The notes beneath the pieces were generated by a model. It was not told the origin of the DNA and searched no databases. It was given only the letters and a program-made list of their open reading frames with translations. From the NCBI RefSeq assembly GCF_030028105.1, contig NC_092375.1, positions 54,287,130-54,351,129 of the forward strand: a DNA stretch of 64,000 nucleotides. The letters are read 5' to 3'. Numbering within the stretch: the stretch's first letter is position 1; the number at the start of each line of letters is the position of its first letter. Below, in pieces: positions 38,601 to 50,665 of the stretch. The DNA is from Mobula birostris. Taxonomy: Eukaryota. Both the position numbers and the translations under genes were made by a program.

Positions 38601-39729
38601 ACGTCAACCATAACGTGACAGAAATTCAGTAAAGGCTGTAGTGTAGAGGGAGGGATACAGAAGTGTAATGAACAGTTGACTAAGTTTTTAATAAGAACTG
38701 TACAGAACAAAGAAAAATAATAAATACTAGGACAAAAGGGCTGCTAGCTAAGACTCACCGAACTAAAAACTAATGCGGTCACTGTGGCTTAGAGCAGTAA
38801 CTTAATATTAAATTAATAACCATGAGAAATTCTACAGAAACTGGAAATGGAAAGCAATGCACAGAAAATGCAGGAAGAACTAAGCAGATCAGGCAGCATC
38901 TAAGGAAATGAATAAGCAGTCAACATTTTGGGCTGAGACCTGCATGACCTGCTGAGTTCTTCAGCATTTTATGTGGGGTGTGCTAAATCAATACTGCTTC
39001 TTTACAGAGTCCATCTAAATCATTAATCTTCTTTCCCTCAATGTGGACATAGTAAGCAGGTTGCATTGCTATTGCTGTGCTTCAGTCAAGACCTGACAAG
39101 ACTGAAACGAAAAGAAGGGAGTTAATACAATTACGAAGAAACCCATAATTAACTGGAATATTCATTCTCATGTGAGTGATTACTGATCTCTTCTAGTTGC
39201 CCACCTACGAGAGCACCTAGACTTTTCTCCATAGTCTCTTACTGACCCTTGTCCTTGGCACAGGTCCAGGACCTCCTGACCTTGTTCTAGAAGGTCAAAA
39301 GCTCTTTTGAATACAACTACAAATTGCTGGAAAGACTGGGCTGCAGGACAACCTTGCTCTCATAGAGTGTTGAACAGGCTCTGTTGAGGTCCTTCTCAAA
39401 GGTTCACCATGGATCATCACTGAACCCACCTGGATGGGCCTGGAAAGTCGGCTCACACTGGGTAATAAAGTTTCTACAGCCTTCGGAGTCACTGGAGTTT
39501 CTGCCTGGTGGCGGAATGCTTGGTTCAGTCAGGATGCAGCAAGGGAATCAGGGCGTTAGTGGCTGAGGCTGATGCGAGTGCAATAGAGGAGATGGGGGAG
39601 GTGCTGGTACCAGAAGTGGGACTGTCCCGGCAGAGAGCTGCTGAATAGAGACAGTGAGAGCAGTTATAGCTGCCAACTGACTCTGTCTGTTTGCTGAACC
39701 ATCGTTGCAAGTGCTGATATATATTCTTT

Positions 39730-39890
39730 CAAACACGAGGATATCTGCAGATGCTGGAATTTCAAGCAACACACATAAAAGTTGCTGGTTAACACAGCAG
39801 GCCAGGCAGCATCTCTAGGAAGAGGTACAATTGATGTCTCGGCCCGAAACATCAACTGTACCTCTTCCTAGAGATGCTGACTGGCATGTG
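39730..39890. mobile_element. Fold-back Penelope terminal fragment
   Basis: AGCATCTCTAGGAAGAGGTACAATTGATG-loop-CATCAACTGTACCTCTTCCTAGAGATGCT inverted repeat. Confidence 0.8.
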
Positions 39891-39986
39891 CTATGATTGC
39901 TGTACTTGACTTCGGCAAAGGGAGGCCCAAGGTGAATTATCCATCAAATATGTTAAGAGTCATGCACCTGATTTTTTGCTTTAAAT

Positions 39987-41216
39987 CAGCGATCCCCAAC
40001 CACCGGGCCGCGTACCGGTACCGGGCTGCAAAGCATGTGCTACCGGGCCACGAGGAAACGATACGATTTGGCGATATGAGTCAGCTGCACCTTTCCTCAT
40101 TCCCTGTCATGCCCACTGTTGAGCTTGAACACACGTGAGGTCATTAACAGCGCGTCATCCATGTCAGCGCGGAAAGGAGATCAACTCCTCGAGCTTGCAA
40201 ATGACAGCGGGCTGAAAAGTATGTTTGTTATAACATCTCTGCCGGCATTCCGGATCAAAATCACGACTAAATATCCTGAGATAGCCACGAAAGCACTGAA
40301 AACGTTACTTCCATTTCCAACATATCTCTGCAATGAATGCAATGAAAACTAAATTGCGGAATAGACTGGACATAAGGAACCCCCTTCGAGTATCACTGTC
40401 TCCCATCACCCCTCGATAGGATCGTGTTGTTGCAGGAAAACAAGCCCAGGGCTCCCGCTGATTCAGCGATATTGGTGTGTTGCAATGATTTTATATGTTC
40501 ATACGGGGAAAATATGTGCTGTGTGTTTAATATCCAAACGTTACTTAAAATGTTATGATGCTATTGACTTATAAATGACTTATATAACCATATACCAATT
40601 ACAGCATGGAAACAGGCGATCTCGGCCCTTCTAGTCCGTGCCGAACGCTACTCTCCCTAATCCCACTGACCTGCACTCAGCCCACAAGCCTCCATTCCTT
40701 TCCTGTCCATATACCCATCCAATTTTTCTTTAAATGATAATATCGAACCTGCCTCTACCACTTCTACTGGAAGTTCGTTCAACACTTCAAGCTCCCCTGT
40801 CCTCCCCTGATAATTGACTTATCACTATTTTCATGCGAGGAAAATATGCGCTGTGCGTTTAATATTAAATTCGTTAGATAAACCCTTTTAAAAACGAAAT
40901 TGAGTGTATTAGCCACTTATCACCCATATTCCGGTCGTGATTCACACCCCTGAACAGAATCGCCAAAAACAATTTGTAGAAAAAAAAATGGCATGTACAC
41001 ACATGCGCAAGTCACGCATGTGCGCTGGTGCCCGCGCAAGGCCTCATGGTCATTGTAGTCTTTCAAGGGGTAAACAAGGTATTTGGCTGCTACTCTTGTC
41101 CACTGGCAACCCTACCCACACCACCGCGCCCCCCCCCCCCCCCCAGGTCGGCCGGTCTGCAAGAATATTGTCAATATTAAACCGGTCCGCAGTGCGAGAA
41201 AGGTTGGGGACCCCTG
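39987..41216 (+). mobile_element. Non-autonomous hAT (Charlie/Buster) transposon
   Basis: TIRs CAGCGATCCCCAACC / GGTTGGGGACCCCTG; perfect 8-bp TSD CTTTAAAT (39979-39986, 41217-41224); C-terminal transposase remnant KYPEIATKALKTLLPFPT.YLC..KTKLRNRLDIRNPLRVSLSPITPR. Confidence 0.93.
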
Positions 41217-42808
41217 CTTTAAATGCATATAATTTTTGCAAATGATTTACAAGCAAATCACTATTAATATATTAATTCACATGAACACTCATAGAGTCCT
41301 CATCCAATTACATTAAGGGATTTTCCTTCCACAAATATCCATCCATATTTTCACTCCACTGAAACTCTCACTTGGTGTGCTTGGTTCATATAACAATGAT
41401 CATCCTCAATCTGCCACCAGCATTTCAATAATCTTCTGGAAATTAGACCGAGTTTTCACAATTCTAAAGACACAAATCACTGTAAGTGCTGGAATCTGAA
41501 GCAAAGAACATGGGGCTGAAGAACTGATTGGGTCAGGCAGCACCTGTGGAGTAAAATGAACAATTGACATTTATCTGGACCAGTAGAAGGGTATCAACCC
41601 TGAGACATCCACTATTTATTTCCATCCACAGAGGCTGCCTGACCCATTCAGTTCCTGCAGCAGTGTGGAGACAAAAGAGACTTCAGATGCTGGAATATAG
41701 AGCAGCAATCTGCTGGTTTTGACCAGAAATTTTCCTTTCCTCACACAGATGTTGTTTGGCCCAGAGTTCCTCTAACAGGTTCTTCATTGTTTCACAATTC
41801 TATATTATTTTTGTGTGGTCAGCCCATAGCAGCAGACAGACTAATAACAAATGAGCTGCAAGTACAGTTATAATTTTTGACTTGTTCTAAGGTAGTATTT
41901 CTGAGCATGGAAGTCGTGAGGGAGACTTTTGTGAACAACCTTCTCATGTTCTTTTAACCCAATAACTGTCTGGTTTCTTCCTCTTTTGAGTGGGAAATAT
42001 AAAGTTCAGTCATCAGATAGGAAATTCTTATAAATTATTCATTTACAGAACGTAGGTGTGACTGACAAGATCAGTATTTATTGCTTATTCTTGACTGCCT
42101 GTCAGAAGTTAATGCTGAGCCGCCTTCTGAATCATATGGATCTTCTGATGGAAATACTTTTATTGCTTTGAGGGTGGGGAGTTCCATGATTTAGGTTCCC
42201 CCAAATGGCCACAAATATCACCATCAACCCATTGCAGATAGGAAAACATATTTGTGCTAATTATGATTTCAGTGCCAATGCAGGACTAACAGCACCCCAG
42301 CGCCAAATTCTGATTTCACAAGTGGTTAACAGTAGGAGTCTGAAGTGATTATGACTGACATTTTGCAAATGACTCAAGGCATAACACAGTTTTTAGATGT
42401 TCTTCTGAAGCGTTGATGTAAAAAGTGAGGAGGAGGAGATATATCTTTTTAATAGAGTAGGAGGTGATGGAATTTGGCCTCCATGTGAGCATATACAGTA
42501 ACCATTTCTGCATACTGCGTCTTGTTAACGCTACCTATAGTAAACTTGGTTTTGGAGTGGAGATGGTGTGGTTTGGACTATGTACCCATTTGCTCTGCTC
42601 ATTAGCCCTACTTCAGCAGGAAACTTGTCAAATGTGAGAACAATTGAGTTAAGCGTTGGGATAATGGTGTGGCTTTGCTTGTCACCACTCTCTGCACTGA
42701 GAATGAGCTGGAAGCTTTCTTCATGTCTTATAATGAGAAAAGCTTGTGAAACTCATGATCAATGTTAAGCAAGGTAATGCACTTGCGCAACATTTCGTAA
42801 CTAGGCCA

Positions 42809-44340
42809 TGTAGATCAGAGTGAGCCTGTGGTGTAACGATAGTTTAATAGCAATAAACGATAAATGTAATACTTCCTTCAAAATATATCTCAAAAATGTT
42901 TACCAATGTCAAGAAAGCATAAGACTCACTGATATTGCTGATCAAGGGCAAGTAAAGAGCGGCTGGAGATGGATATCTTTCTACACCACGTGCTTCAAGT
43001 CAACATCAGAATTAACCCACGCAAAATATAATGTTAAAAAACAGATTACCTACAGTAAGTGATGATCATACAAAATGAACAGTGTTTCTAGAGGCCAAAT
43101 AAACACTCCACCAAGACATCCATGGGATGTCAGGCTAACTACTGAAACTAAAAGGCAGATGGTTATTTCATTATGTCTTTGCCAAAAGAAGGACAGTCTC
43201 CAAGACTGGACTTGAAAATAGTCTTACCGCACAGTCTTTAACCATTCTTGCTTCGAAAATGTCACCTTTGTTGACATACTTGCTCGTGGCAGTGTCTGAT
43301 GAGCAGACCGGTGACACAGTGCTCACCCAGAATGACGCTTGGGTGAGGTAACTCTGAAGTAAATTGTGCTCTTTTAATACATCCTCCAACTCATAGTAAT
43401 TCTTCAGAGTCAACAGGGTTCACTAAGGTAACCTTGGATTGGAAGAAGTTCCCATTTTGTGATGCACTGTACTTCCTCTGCATAAATTTGTCTTTGAACA
43501 TCAAGCAGGATTCTAACCTTTTCCCAATTCCATTGCTCAACACTGAGATGTTGATTACACATTTGCCAACCACTTCAAAGGCTGTCTTTGGCTACTTCTA
43601 CAATATTCACTGTCATACAGAAACTACTCCCATAGGGTATGAAGTGACATTGGCACCCATTGTCCGGGACGTTAGTCTTAAATACGCTGACAGTAGGCTG
43701 ATGAGCATCATCAAGGCAGAATTCGTCCACTATGACCCAACCTGGTCCAATATTTGTGCATAAGGTGCATACTGAACTGATGCACTGTCCACATACCTTA
43801 TATGTATGGATGGTGTCTTGGTCAAGCAACAGAGTCCATTTGTCACTGGAATGTCTGTGCTGTACTTTTCAGCTCAAACAACATGCACACAAACTCAGAT
43901 AGGCCAAACAGGGTGCTAGCAGCAGTTTTGAGAATATCCCCTGTGCACAGAGGCACTTGATGGTAGCTCCTGGCTAAGACCACTTTAGAAAAAATTATCT
44001 TTCTGGCTAAAGGTGCTGAAAAGTGCTGGTGGGACTGGGTAATGACTGGGGGTGGTGGTCTCATTAAGGTGGTGGTGATTTCTACATGGACTGAAACCAA
44101 GAATGGGCTTAGAGACCATGTGGTTAGGTGATGACCAAGGGCTTTCCAACCTGCGTAAAATGCCAAACACTTTCATGTTAGCAAACTCAGCCTTTGTGCT
44201 GGCCAGCTTTTCTGAGTCCAGCCTACGCACAAAGGGATGGACCAGTAGGCCAGTTGTGGAAATGTGATGCTTACTGTCAGGCTTTGTTACTGTAGTGGAA
44301 AATGGGGACCTGGTGAGGTTTGGGAATTTTCCCAGCAGGT
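42809..44340 (-). mobile_element. Gypsy/BEL-Pao chimeric LTR element, copy A (3' LTR ~42809-43105)
   Basis: Gypsy RT N-half (SPWSSPNHMV..FSKV..YHQVP..LFELKSTAQTFQ) joined at ~43810 to BEL/Pao pol (VQRQIYAEEV..VGGCI..HCVTGLLIRHCHEQVCQQ, C-terminus PVLETVLLL*), then a PPT-like GGTGGAG and TGT...TACA. Confidence 0.75.
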
Positions 44341-45019
44341 GTGACAACTTGAGATGTAATGTCTCATGTCTCTAAAATGGTCACAAATACAAAACCTCTG
44401 TGGTGTTCTGGGAGGACTTTCTCTTTGGACAGTTGATAGGGGAGTTCAGGTCTGCTGAAGTCTAGATCTTCAGTAGGAATTCCAGAGTACTCAGGTCAAG
44501 GCTTCAGTCAGTGTTGAGTACTTTGAAGAGTTCCTTCTAGTTGATGATGTACATTGATTATTCAGTCTGTGGTTTCCCATCTACAAAGTTTGTATTTTCT
44601 GTTAGGATCAGTGAAAAAGTTTTATGGGAACAAAATGTAGGAGTTGTTGGAAGTAATAGATTTTGCAAAAGAGGTTTAATGTGAGAACACACCAATAAAG
44701 AGACAGCAAAGAACTGAAAAGTGTGAGCATTGGAGATTGAAGAGTACAGCACAATACTGCCATTCAGCCCACAATATTGTGCCATTCTTTTAAATTACTC
44801 CTTGATCAATCAAGCCCTTCCATTTTCTACATCCAAAAACCCTTCATTTTTTTCTTTTATCCATCTGCCTATCTAGCAGTCATATAAATGTCCCTAATGT
44901 ATCTGCCTTTTCCATCACCCCCTGCATTGCATTGCAAGCACTTACTGCTCCCTGTGTAAAAAAAACCTACCCCTGATAGTGTGGTAAGTGTATTGTTTAA
45001 AAAAAAGATTCTAAAATGT

Positions 45020-45115
45020 ATGTGTCATGTGCTTGTGTGTGTGTGTGTGCCCTGAATGTGCATGTGTGTGAATGTGATTTGTGTGTGTGAATGTGATCTG
45101 TGTGTGTGTGTGAAT
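45020..45115. repeat. Imperfect (TG)n microsatellite
   Basis: Direct reading. Confidence 0.9.
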
Positions 45116-45291
45116 GTTAGCATCAGTTGCCTGTACCAGACCTCTGAAGGACTCCAGTATTGGGCATGATTGTAAATTATGGATGAGAGATCAATAAGCA
45201 TATTAATAATTATATTATACGGTGGAATAGACTGTGTGAGTGTCTGCAAACGTGTATTAGAGAACAGAAACTGTGAGAAGACTGGAGGGTG

Positions 45292-46938
45292 TGTTACGTA
45301 CCCTGTAATGGGTTTAAGAACCAGCAGAAATGGAACACACCTGGAGTCTGGTTTTGCTTTTAACTAATGCTATTTTTATTAGTAACTACACAATACAGTA
45401 ATATAAAACCAGATAAATCAAACAGGTTGGCAAAAATTATGCATATATAGGTGTGTAAATATAAAACCCAAACTTCTTCAAGCTTAGGTGGTAAGGGATA
45501 CAGTCTTATGATGGAATGAAAACAAAGTCAGTTCTGTTCGTGTTATTGAGTTGAATAGAATTGAGGAGAGAGAGAGAGATGTTTTGTTGTTCACGTGAGC
45601 TGATGCCGTCGATTCTTCCCATTGTCTTCCGGAACTTGCAAGTTAGCCAAACTTTACCAACTTAAGAGCGCCGTCTTCAAGTGATAATCTACCAACCCAG
45701 GCAAGGGTTAGACACACTGGTAGACTCTACGGGGTCACTCTTTCATGCAGTAATAATCACAGATCGATTCCTCATAATCGATCCTCAGTCCCACACTCAT
45801 GGGCAAAGTGTAGTGGTAACTTCACAACACCTTAGTCCATCTGCATGTCCTTTTCTTCGGTGTCCTCCAAAATCCTCTAAAGTCACCGAATGTGACAACA
45901 GGAAGGACTGTCTTCTGTGGTAACGCTATCGACCTAGGCAAGGGTTGGACACACTGATAACTTCCCACCGGTCACCCCTTTTCCACACTGCGAGAGCCAC
46001 TGATCGATTCCCCCAATCGATCCTCCAAAACCCACCCTTCTGTGTGCACACAAAGCTGATGCAGTGTCCGAATTCATGTGTGTCTCACTCCACACACGAA
46101 GCATCACAATGGTGATCTTCAACAAATATCCTTTCAACACAAGTGGTACCACACCTGAATTCAGCTACGGGTCATCCCAAAGTGGTGGCCATAGGATACT
46201 CTAACAGAATCCACGTGTGGATTATCACCAACAGTAGCCTATCACAAAGGGGACCCTCTTCAAGGGAATCACCAAACACACAACTGTGATAGCCACTTAT
46301 CCAGTTCCACGACATACGAAATAACTCCAACAGTGATTTTCCACAGGGGTGCCTTTCTTCAGTGAACTACCACACCCAAACAAGGGTAACACACACGTGG
46401 TATTCACAAAGGTCTTTCTCTCACCGGAGAACCCACTCCTGCGGATTAATGAAGTGACAATCACACATTTGTGTTCGAATGGAACTCAAACTCACCCTTT
46501 TGAGCTACTTAGGAGAGAGTCCAAACAGTCACCTCTTTGTCACTAGGTTTCTTCTGTTTCAAACCTTCCTCTCCCGTCTACTCTTCCTGCAAACTTGTTC
46601 TAGTTGTAGAAACTTGTGAGTATCATTTATCAATACTCAGGATCGATCTAAACTCACCCCTTCTGGGCTACTGGAAGTTTACAGCAGGACCTCATTCACT
46701 GGTGTCTTTCATTGATTGAATCCATCTTGACTCTGAGCATGTGTTTCTGTGTGTCTGTAACTGTCCTTGTAAAAAGTAAACTCGCTGCAGAGAAGCCATA
46801 ACATCGATTGTCCATCAAATACCTCCACCTCCCTCTCTCTCTGTAGGAACTCACAAGCGGTGTCCAAAAGTCAGTCTCATTCTCCCGATGTTTAAAGTGA
46901 CAGTCCACAGAAAATATGAACCCTAGGGGTACATAACA
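45292..46938 (-). repeat. 3' LTR of Gmr1-type element
   Basis: Terminal inverted repeats; PPT adjacent at 46939-46950. Confidence 0.9.
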
Positions 46939-48641
46939 TCTACCCCCAAGAAATCAAAATTTTGATCAAAGAACAAAACTTTTTTAATTGTACATTACAG
47001 AATATAAAGCAATACATACGTGATTATCATGTAGCACATTACAAAAGCACATACAAATACTAGTTTCTATTTCACTTTTAAACTTAACATTCAGACAGTC
47101 AATCTACCATGATATTGTCTTTATTTTTCACATGCTTTAGTACAAAAAAGTCAAATTCCTGCAAAATCATATTGTGCTATATTCAAAATGGCATTTGATC
47201 ACCCATCGTCCCTTTTCCACTTAGAAACAGAACAATTAGTCATCAGGTGACCAGATTGCTTATCAGCTCAGATAACTGCCTGAACTTTACTCTACACCAG
47301 TGCCAACTCATCAACGTTTTCCAAACCAAGCACATTTGCTGAACTTATTGAAAACTGCACTTATAAAAAGTTCCAAATAAATCATTAATTCTATCTCTGA
47401 GACCTTCAGTTCCACAGGTTTCCATAGTAACACCCACAGATGGTCCCTCCTGATCAAAACAACACTTCAGGTTTTGTCTCTCCACACCACAAACTTGGTA
47501 ACAACCCCACGTTGTTTATTCCTAAATTCTAAAACAAACATACTAGCACACAACTTGTTACCAAACCACTGTCCCTTCAGTAAGGTCAATGGTCCTGAAA
47601 CCAATCCAGACTTTAAATTTACCTTATTCAAAGGTTCAGAAACAACACTTTTCTCAATATCTTCAATAACATTTACCTCACCAATTTTCATCTCATCACC
47701 AACTAACACAAGTGACTGAGAATCCTCAATTTCCACTGGTACCAAGGTTAACCCCTTATTCACTGAACCAAGTCCATCTGACACAAAAGGACTGCATTCC
47801 TTTTCAACTGAGTCAGACACCTCAGATCTAAACCGAGTTTCAACACAAGGTTCAGTACCCTGTGGACCCACAGGTACTTCAACAACCTGAACACAGGCGA
47901 TCGGAACAGGTCTCTTCTAGGCCTTCATCACTAGTCGCAGTTTCAAATTCCAGGTTACCCTGATCCTCCCAGCTGCTCTCTGGGAAACTCTCATCCGGAA
48001 TAAACTCAACCTTGTGGGTTAAAACAACATCGTCCGCTAGTCTAGCAAGGTAGCGGCATCCTTTTCATCTGAGTATGCCTTTACATCATCTGGAACACAC
48101 TTCTTAAATTCTTCAATCAAAACCAGCTCTATCAAGCTGTAAAAATCATCTGGGTCCAACACTGGACCTCCCAGCTGCCGACATCTCCCTCTCGAACTCT
48201 CTGTTTTCTTGCCTCTTCAGCCTCGAGCTGTTTTACTCATAACTCAAACTCGAGCTGTTGCTGTCTCCGCTTCTCCTCAGCCTCAATCTCTACCTTAAGT
48301 CTATCTAACTTAATTTGTTCCAGTTGTATCTGGATCTCCTCTTCACCTACAGGAAACCCCTTCAACACCTCCTCATGAAATTGCTCCACAGAGGTATAGT
48401 GTTCAGCTATCTTCCTTTGAATTTCCGCCTTTCTCATACCCTTCTTGACTTCCGTAAGTTTCAGTTCCTCAGCAATTTCCTGCAACTCATCTTTTCTAGC
48501 TTTCTTCAAAGCCACAGGGTCTGGTGAGGCCAGAATTTTCCTAACATCCATTTCTGCTGTTTTTCCACACAAGCAAACCAAAAGAGATTTTCCCCACTCA
48601 AATTGATTAAGCCCCCAACAATTTTAAAATGGCTCCAAACA

Positions 48642-48907
48642 CAAACACGAGGAATTTTGCAGATGCTGGAAATTCAAACAACACACATCAAAGTTGCTGG
48701 TGAACGCAGCAGTCCAGGCAGCATCTCTAGGAGGAGGTACAGTTGATGTTTCAGGCCGAGGCCCTTCGTCAGGACTGAGGCACAGTCGACGTTTCAGGCC
48801 GAGACCCTTTGTCAGGACAGATGAAGGGTCTCGGCCTGAAACGTCGACTGTACCACTTCCCAGAGATGCTGCCTGGCCTGCTGCGTTCACCAGCAACTTC
48901 GATGTGT
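48642..48907. mobile_element. 266-bp fold-back Penelope pLTR-only insertion with 13-bp TSD
   Basis: TSD ATGGCTCCAAACA at 48629-48641 and 48908-48920; inverted arms; three hammerhead-like cores. Confidence 0.9.
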
Positions 48908-48964
48908 ATGGCTCCAAACAATTTGTTCATATCCCGGATGCAGGCCCCAATTTTGTTAGAGACC

Positions 48965-49026
48965 TGGTTAAAGGAACCTGTTTGGTAAACAGGAGATCCT
49001 GAGTTTGAATCTCAGTGGTGCCTCCA
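48965..49026 (+). other. Extended primer-binding site: ~62-nt copy of the 3' part of tRNA-Thr including CCA
   Basis: TGGTTAAAGGAACCTGTTTGGTAAACAGGAGATCCTGAGTTTGAATCTCAGTGGTGCCTCCA aligns to vertebrate tRNA-Thr(AGT) as recalled (TGGTTAAAGCGCCTGTCTAGTAAACAGGAGATCCTGGGTTCGAATCCCAGCGGTGCCTCCA); 4 nt from the 5' LTR. Confidence 0.85.
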
Positions 49027-49030
49027 ATTT

Positions 49031-49301
49031 TGTTATGTACCCCGTAATGGGTTGAAGAACCAGCAGAAATGGAACACACCTGGTGTCTGGTTTTGCTTTT
49101 AAGTAATGTTATTTTTATTAGTAACCACACAATACAGTAATATAAAACCAGATAAATCAAACAGGTTAGCAAAGTTTATGCATATATAGGTGTGTAAATA
49201 TAAAACCCAAACTTCTTCAAGCTTAGGTGGTAAGGGATGCAGTGCTACGATGGAATGTAAATTAAGTCAGATCATTTTGTGTTATTGAGTTGAGTAGAAT
49301 T

Positions 49302-49339
<38 letters not shown>

Positions 49340-50665
49340 GTTTTGCTGTCCACATAAGCCATGCAATCGATTCTCCCATTGTCCTCCGAAACTTCCAAGT
49401 TAGCCAAACTTGACCAACTTAAGATCGCCGTCTTCAAGTGATAGTCTACCAACCCAGGCACACTGGTAGACTCCACAGGGTCGCTCTTTCACGCACCAAT
49501 AATCACAGATCGATCCCTCGTAATCGATCCTCAGTCCCACAGTCATGGGCACCTGAAAGTGTAGTGGTAACTTCACAACACCTTAGTGCGTCTGCATGTC
49601 CTTTTCTTCGGTGTCCTCCGAAATCCTTTAAAGTCACCGAATGTGACAACAAAAAGGAGACCGTCTTCTGTGGTAAAGCTATCGACACAGGCAAGGGTTG
49701 GACACACTGAGAACTTGCGAGAGCCACTGATTGATTAGCCCGATCGATCTTCCAAAACCCACCTTTCTGTGTGCACACAAAGCTGATGCAGTGTCCGAAT
49801 TCATGTGTGTCTCACTCCACACACGAAGCATCACAATGGTGATCTTCAACGAATATCCTTTCAACACAAGTGGTACCACACCCGAATTCAGCTACGGGAC
49901 ATCCCAAAGTGGTGGCCACAGGATACTCTAACAGAATCCACGTGTGGATTATCACCAACAGTAGCCTATCACAAGGGGACCCTCTTCAAGGGAATCACCA
50001 AACACACAACTGTGATAGCCACTTATCCAGTTCCACGACATACGAAATAACTCCAACAGTGATTTGCCACAGGGGTGCCTTCCTTCAGTGAACTACCACA
50101 CCCAAACAAGGGTAACACACACGTGGTATTCACAAAGGTCTTTCCCTCACCGGAGAACCCACTCCTGCAGATTAACGAAGTGACAATCACACCTTTGTGT
50201 TCGAATGGAACTCAAACTCACCCTTTTCAGCTACTTAGGAGAGAGTCCAAACAGTCACCTTTTTGTCACTAGGTTTCTTCTGTTTCAAACCTTCCTCTTT
50301 CCTCTACTCTTCCTGCAAACTTGTTCTAGTTGCAGAAAACTTGTGAGAGTCATTTATCAATATTCAGGATCGATCTAAACTCACCCCTTCTGGGCTACTA
50401 AAAGTTTACACCAGGACTTCATTCACTGGTGTCTTTCATTGATTGAATCCATCTTGACTCTGAGCATGTGTTTCTCTGTGTCTGTAACTGTCCTTGTAAA
50501 AAGTAAACTCGCTGCAGAGAAGCCATAGCATCGATTGTCCATCAAATACCTCCACCTCTCTCTCTCTCTGTAGGAACTCACAAGCAGTGTCCAAAAGTCA
50601 GTCTCATTCTCCCGATGTTTAAAGTGACAGTCCACAGAAAATATGAACCCTAGGGGTACATAACA
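49031..50665 (-). repeat. 5' LTR of Gmr1-type element
   Basis: Perfect 13-bp terminal inverted repeat TGTTATGTACCCC/GGGGTACATAACA; PBS adjacent. Confidence 0.9.

Larger units (their letters stand above)
45292..50665 (-). mobile_element. Non-autonomous Gmr1-type Ty3/Gypsy LTR element with both LTRs and 4-bp TSD
   Basis: Direct repeats 45292-46938 and 49031-50665 (about 90% identical by eye) ending TGTTA(C/T)GTACCC...GGGGTACATAACA; TSD GGTG (45288-45291, 50666-50669); PPT TTGGGGGTAGA; gag (48237-48581), SCAN-like/protease remnant (47467-48150), RNase H C-terminus (ILQEFDF..KHVKNKDNIMVD, ~47090-47167) directly before the PPT. Confidence 0.92.

Noticed and set aside
43434-43763. 109-aa plus-strand ORF (MDWKKFPFCD...) that looked like a novel or viral protein present twice
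   Set aside because: It is the antisense frame of BEL/Pao pol; the second copy (55310-55640) has stops and a frameshift in that frame.
45755-45790. CTGAGGA plus hairpin on the minus strand of the LTR as a retrozyme-like hammerhead
   Set aside because: No GAAA follows the stem and there is no stem III or NUH.
48965-49026. Functional tRNA-Thr gene
   Set aside because: It lacks the 5' acceptor strand and A-box, the B-box is mutated (GTTTGAATC), and it carries encoded CCA beside an LTR, so it is a PBS-derived copy.
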